Source: an uncultured Arcobacteraceae bacterium
GTDB taxonomy: Bacteria > Campylobacterota > Campylobacteria > Campylobacterales > Arcobacteraceae
Assembly: GCA_964022095.1 (NCBI GenBank)
Contig: CAXHZO010000006.1
Span: 39,485 to 103,484, forward strand
Length of the DNA stretch: 64,000 nt
Direction: 5' to 3'
Part shown: positions 60,011 to 64,000 of the stretch, one piece after another
Position numbering within the stretch: position 1 is the stretch's first letter
Layout: each line of letters opens with the position of its first letter
The notes under the pieces: model-generated
What the model was told of the DNA's origin: nothing
The model's input: the letters and a program-made list of their open reading frames with translations, nothing else
Databases searched by the model: none
Made by a program: the position numbers and the translations under genes

Positions 60011-60703
60011 TTAAGAAAACTCAGGATGAATATTTTTCAACTCTAGCTTATACCCAATTCCTGAATAGTTTTTTATCATACTTTTAAAGGTCTTTTTTCT
60101 TAAGTCCCTTATTAGAGATTTTAGTGCAGCATTTGTACACTCATTATTCCAAATATGATATTCTATTTCTTCGTATGTGATTACTCTTCCTTGGTTTTGG
60201 ATGAGTAGGTTTATAAGTAAACTCTCTTTTTTATTTAAAACAAATGATTCATTATTTTTAATAATACTCTGAGTTTGGAAGTTGAAAAAAACACCATCAG
60301 TTAGTTTAAAATTACTGTATATCCTTCTTTCAATGATTTCCATACATTTATTTAAAGCTTCTATCAAAATCTCATCACTAAAAGGTTTTATGATATATTT
60401 TGTGATGTAAAGTTCAAGTAGCTGCGTTAGGTATTGATTATCTTTGTTATTTGATAAAACTATAAAGGCAGTTTTTATATCATCACTTCTTAATTCTACT
60501 AAAAAATCAATGATTTCTTTATTTTTAAAATCACTATCAATAATAATTAAACAAGGGGATTGTTTGATGTACTGTTGTTTTGATTCAAGTATTGTTGAAG
60601 TACAAGTTACTTTATTCACAGTGTTGCAAAGAAGAGAGAAAAGTTTCTCTTCTTTTTCTTGATTATCCATGATATAAAGTACAGATAAATCACTTAATTC
60701 CAT
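60011..60703 (-). CDS. OmpR-family response regulator (divergent receiver)
   Basis: Receiver (LIIID, YIIKPF) plus winged helix (LKSLIRDLRKK...GIGYK). Confidence 0.85.
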   Translation of the reverse strand: MELSDLSVLYIMDNQEKEEKLFSLLCNTVNKVTCTSTILESKQQYIKQSPCLIIIDSDFKNKEIIDFLVELRSDDIKTAFIVLSNNKDNQYLTQLLELYITKYIIKPFSDEILIEALNKCMEIIERRIYSNFKLTDGVFFNFQTQSIIKNNESFVLNKKESLLINLLIQNQGRVITYEEIEYHIWNNECTNAALKSLIRDLRKKTFKSMIKNYSGIGYKLELKNIHPEFS

Positions 60704-60711
60704 TTAATGCC

Positions 60712-61272
60712 TTATAATAATTCTAAAATCTCATCAGTTGTTTCAACTTTTGCATAAGCAAATTGAAGTGCTGCCATTAATACAGCATGAGCTATTGGTG
60801 CTTCAACTTTAACACCGTTAAACTCTACATCACTTGTTGTGCAAGCATCATGGGCTACAAAACAGTTATATCCAAAATCACTGGCTGCTCTTGTAACTGC
60901 ATCAATACACATGTATGACATTGCTCCTACGATTATTACATTTTCAATATTAGAGTTATCTAATATCTCTTTTAGATTTGTATCTTTAAAGGCATTTACA
61001 TTATGTTTTAAAACTTGTGATTCGTTTTCTTTTGGTGTTAAAGTTTTGTGAATTTCTGCACCTTTTGTATTAGGAGCAAAGAAAGGCGGGTTTTCCATGT
61101 CAAATTCATGTCTTACATGAACTATTTTCATCTCTTTTTCTCTAAATTTATTTAATATTTTCAACGCATTCTGTGCTACTTTATCTGTCTCATGTAGTTG
61201 CCATTTTGCACCTTCAAAGCTTCCAAAGTAATCATTTTGTAAATCAATTAAAACTAATGCTGTATTTTCCAT
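60712..61272 (-). CDS. isochorismatase-family cysteine hydrolase
   Basis: LIDLQNDYF, K..VNAF, GAMSYMC, HDAC. Confidence 0.92.
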   Translation of the reverse strand: MENTALVLIDLQNDYFGSFEGAKWQLHETDKVAQNALKILNKFREKEMKIVHVRHEFDMENPPFFAPNTKGAEIHKTLTPKENESQVLKHNVNAFKDTNLKEILDNSNIENVIIVGAMSYMCIDAVTRAASDFGYNCFVAHDACTTSDVEFNGVKVEAPIAHAVLMAALQFAYAKVETTDEILELL

Positions 61273-61343
61273 TATTTTCTCCTTTTTTGTTTATATCAAA
61301 GTATATAAATATATAGAAGGAAAAAAGAAGGATTAGAAAAAAA

Positions 61344-61733
61344 CTAACTTATAGTTTCATAATCTTTGATTAAAGACTCTAAATATTTTGTAGCTTTTTT
61401 CTTTTGCAAGTATGCATATCCTGCTACAAATATAACTCCAATACCATATGTTAATAAAATTGCTAAGATGACAAGAATTGTTAAAATAAGAGTATCGTGA
61501 AGTTCTGCATTTATGATTAGCTCATTTTCCCCTTGCGTTTTTTGAACAGTCACGTTTGTATTGTATTTTAATAAAGTATCTAAATGAGCTTTTGAAACTT
61601 CTAATGAACTAGTTTGAAGTGTTGTTTCATACTCTTTTTCTTTTAAGATTCTATTTTTTAGAAACTCTAAAAACTCTTCTTTTGTGGTTTTGATTTTGAT
61701 TTTTTGTTTTAAACTAGCATCAAATATACCCAT
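61344..61733 (-). CDS. hypothetical membrane protein
   Basis: 129 aa ORF with a C-terminal hydrophobic hairpin and AAGG RBS. Confidence 0.65.
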   Translation of the reverse strand: MGIFDASLKQKIKIKTTKEEFLEFLKNRILKEKEYETTLQTSSLEVSKAHLDTLLKYNTNVTVQKTQGENELIINAELHDTLILTILVILAILLTYGIGVIFVAGYAYLQKKKATKYLESLIKDYETIS

Positions 61734-61821
61734 ATTTAGCCTTTATTTTTTGATTTAGTATATCAAAATAAAGAGCTGCAATGGGGATATTTATTGTATA
61801 TAAATTATACTACTGTATCTT

Positions 61822-62358
61822 TTATAAACCAAAAGTCACTAGAAGTTCTGAGTTTTCTATTTTAATATCTTTTACAAAAGAACCTTTGAAAGAGTTTTTA
61901 TCAATTTCATAAATCGGCATTTGCTCAAAGATTGTATCAACTACTGGTTTCATATTTGATAGAAGGGTATTTGCAAATCGTTTATTTAGATTTAAATCTG
62001 TGAACTCTAAATCTTCGATATTAATATCTCTTAAAAATATTGCAGATTTCTCTTTGTTAAAATAAGGTTCTCCTGATATCTCAAATGTACCTTTTGAAGT
62101 AGGTATAAAAATAGCTGATAGATTTAAATCCATTTTTGCATTTAATTTATTTGATCCATTTTTAATATAGATTTTTGGTTGTTTTATATCTATGTTTGCA
62201 AAAACAAAATTCTCTTTTATTGGAAACTTATCTGATTTTTTATTGAGTTGACTTTCGTTTAGTTTTAAAGTTAATCCATTTGAATCTATATTTCTAACAC
62301 ATCCACTTGATAAAAGTAAAAGTAGAAATAAAACTAATGTAGAGATTATTTTTGACAT
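61822..62358 (-). CDS. lipoprotein, DUF1439/YceB-like
   Basis: Lipobox SSGC; KFPI...SGEPYF...IFL...PIYE pattern. Confidence 0.7.
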   Translation of the reverse strand: MSKIISTLVLFLLLLLSSGCVRNIDSNGLTLKLNESQLNKKSDKFPIKENFVFANIDIKQPKIYIKNGSNKLNAKMDLNLSAIFIPTSKGTFEISGEPYFNKEKSAIFLRDINIEDLEFTDLNLNKRFANTLLSNMKPVVDTIFEQMPIYEIDKNSFKGSFVKDIKIENSELLVTFGL

Positions 62359-62394
62359 ATAAAAACCTTCTTGATTATTTATTATAATAATAGC

Positions 62395-63429
62395 TTAAAG
62401 TTTCTTAGCAAATATTGGAGCAAGGTTCATCACTATAAAAAGTCTTACTATATGATGTAGGGTTATATATGGAACATTTGCTACAACGAGAATAGCTATT
62501 AGATTTATTTCAGCTTGTCCACCTGGAGAAAAAGCAAGTAAAGTTGAGATAATAGGAAAACCAAATAAGTTATATGCAATGATTATAAAAATTGCAGATA
62601 TGATAACTAGAATCATAAAGTGCCCTAAAGTACTAATTAAAACTTTTTTAATAGTTCTAAAATCAACCCCTTTAAAAGTAAATCCAATGATAGTTCCAAA
62701 TACAACTTGCACAAATTTTAGTAATTCATCAGGAACTGTTGTAGTGATAATTCCACTTGCGTGTAAAGCAATACTTATAATCATAGAACCAATTAAATAC
62801 GCAGCTGAAAGCTTTACTTTTTTTGCAAGTATTCCACCTATGAAACCTAAAGTAATTAAAATTGAAAGTTCAAATAAATCTATATTTTTAATAGGAGTAG
62901 TTATTAATTTATTTCCACTAATATCCACATGAAAAATATACTGAATAATAAAAGGAAGAGTAATAACTATAAAAAATAGTCTAGAAGATTGAACTAATGT
63001 GATTTTAGAGATATTTGCTTTTATCTCTTCTCCTATTATTACCATTTCTATTACACCACCAGGCATAGAGCTTAGATATGCTGTTTTTTTATCAAATCCT
63101 TGATATTTGTAGTAGTAATACATTCCTGCGATTATAGTTATTATAGTATAAGGAATAACAAGTAATAAACTATAAAAATAGATATCTAAATACTCTAAAA
63201 TCTCAGGAGTAAAAGCACTACCAATTGTAAGTCCAATTAATACTCTAGCAGGTGAAGAAAAAGTTTTTGGGCTTTTTATTGGTAAATTTTCAAACCGCAT
63301 TGCAATACTACTTGCAAATATAGATCCTAAAAGCCAAGGAAGAGGAAGATTTAAAAATATAAAAAGAACGGAACCACAAGCACCAATAAAAAGTGCAAGT
63401 AACATATTTGAAAAGTTTTTATAATTCAT
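62395..63429 (-). CDS. AbrB family (putative ammonia monooxygenase-like) membrane protein
   Basis: PLPWLLG and duplicated halves with MPGG and SPGG motifs; polytopic. Confidence 0.88.
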   Translation of the reverse strand: MNYKNFSNMLLALFIGACGSVLFIFLNLPLPWLLGSIFASSIAMRFENLPIKSPKTFSSPARVLIGLTIGSAFTPEILEYLDIYFYSLLLVIPYTIITIIAGMYYYYKYQGFDKKTAYLSSMPGGVIEMVIIGEEIKANISKITLVQSSRLFFIVITLPFIIQYIFHVDISGNKLITTPIKNIDLFELSILITLGFIGGILAKKVKLSAAYLIGSMIISIALHASGIITTTVPDELLKFVQVVFGTIIGFTFKGVDFRTIKKVLISTLGHFMILVIISAIFIIIAYNLFGFPIISTLLAFSPGGQAEINLIAILVVANVPYITLHHIVRLFIVMNLAPIFAKKL

Positions 63430-63493
63430 TTATTCATTTTATCTAAAAAGTTAATATATAATGGCATAGGCACTAATAATTTTCAGTTAAAAT

Positions 63494-63637
63494 AAAAAAA
63501 GAATCCCCCATCTTGAATTTAGGAAGCAAAAAATTCAAAATAGAGGTTTCTTAGAATAATTGTTAGTATATTTTATTTGCGGGATTACTTAAATTTAAAG
63601 AAAGTCAAAGCACAGGAGAGTTCTAAAATTTAAGTAT
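63494..63637 (-). ncRNA. candidate small regulatory RNA with two C/U-rich loops
   Basis: Minus-strand TATAAT at 63648-63643, 5' hairpin 63636-63586, 3' hairpin 63552-63499 with three G-U pairs, then a U run. Confidence 0.7.
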
Positions 63638-63657
63638 AAAAAATTATACTGAAAAAG

Positions 63658-63674
63658 AGTGTAAGAAAAGTGTA
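63658..63674 (-). promoter_or_regulatory. tandem 6-bp direct repeat with 11-bp period upstream of the sRNA -10 box
   Basis: AGTGTA at 63658-63663 and 63669-63674. Confidence 0.4.
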
Positions 63675-63712
63675 TGCTTATTGATTTTGGTAATTAATTT
63701 TAAAATTTGTAA

Positions 63713-63750
63713 ATTGCTACTTTAGAAGGAGCCCTTCTAAAGTTAGCAAT
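63713..63750 (-). terminator. hairpin downstream of porB
   Basis: ATTGCTA-CTTTAGAAGG-agc-CCTTCTAAAG-t-TAGCAAT. Confidence 0.7.
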
Positions 63751-63757
63751 AAAGAAA

Positions 63758-64000
63758 TTACATTCTAATCTCTTCTCTTTTTTGCAAGAATGCCCATCTT
63801 TCATCGATTCTTTTTTGCCACTCTTCAATTAAGTATTCATTCTCTTTTTTGAATAAGTGCTTAAATCTTGGTTGCGCACCTAAATAGTCTCTTACAGGAA
63901 TTATATTTTTTGGTCTATATGTAATATTTAATTCTCTTCCATCAATGATTTCATATAATGGGAAAACAAGTGAATCAACTGCTAAATCAGAAACTTCAAT
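63758..64000 (-). CDS. porB: pyruvate:ferredoxin/flavodoxin oxidoreductase beta subunit, C-terminal end (partial; missing from the ORF track)
   Basis: Manual translation IEVSDLAVDSLVFPLYEIIDGRELNITYRPKNIIPVRDYLGAQPRFKHLFKKENE...REEIRM* resembles the epsilonproteobacterial PorB C-terminus. Confidence 0.88.
   Translation of the reverse strand: MEVSDLAVDSLVFPLYEIIDGRELNITYRPKNIIPVRDYLGAQPRFKHLFKKENEYLIEEWQKRIDERWAFLQKREEIRM

Noticed and set aside
801-62932. Short antisense or overlapping ORFs in the track (e.g. 801-986, 2982-3278, 12537-12965, 19032-19484, 26554-26940, 50444-50827, 62579-62932)
   Set aside because: They are shadows of well-supported genes, with no recognisable motifs or independent expression signals.
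62395-63429. Ammonia monooxygenase or Bacillus-type AbrB transition-state regulator
   Set aside because: It is a polytopic membrane protein of the misleadingly named AbrB family, with no amoCAB context and no DNA-binding domain.
63521-63620. CsrB-like sponge RNA on the plus strand (AGGA in both hairpin loops)
   Set aside because: The G-U pairs, the U tail and the -10 box all support minus-strand transcription. Kept only as an alternative to test.

Overview
Very AT-rich chromosomal segment from a Campylobacterota bacterium, most likely Arcobacteraceae (inferred from gene content such as mqnP, ispDF next to an atypical regulator and pgpA, DUF507, epsilon-type porB and tRNA-Arg(TCG)). Most of the window is housekeeping: rsmI, rpmE, miaA, purT, dapF, coaE, purM, hisZ, purA, carA, ispDF, thiC, mrp, hisIE, ilvE, ribA, metH, luxS and the 3' end of porB. 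The standout is a 16.4 kb co-oriented 14-gene cluster right after tRNA-Arg (7223-23610) that looks like an atypical type IV filament system. It encodes a lipoprotein secretin, a PilC/GspF-like platform, a PilB/GspE ATPase and PilM/N/O/P-like proteins. It also encodes three pilin-like proteins that lack any class III leader or Glu5, and four paralogous Sec-signal proteins sharing a pilin-head-like domain, two of them extended by RCC1-like propeller repeats. No prepilin peptidase or PilT lies in the cluster. The putative major subunit is preceded by a perfect CRP-type palindrome and a (GGTA)4 tract and followed by two hairpins. The largest adhesin gene appears to start at an ATC codon. A second highlight is an unannotated minus-strand sRNA candidate of about 144 nt (63494-63637) with its own -10 box, two anti-Shine-Dalgarno loops and a terminator. 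Also present are a MarR-led redox/aromatic stress operon with a duplicated operator, a Kunitz-type lipoprotein, a 23-aa-repeat peptidoglycan-binding lipoprotein and several likely leaderless genes. No CRISPR array, rRNA, integrase or IS element was seen. All family assignments come from reading motifs by eye; no database search was run.
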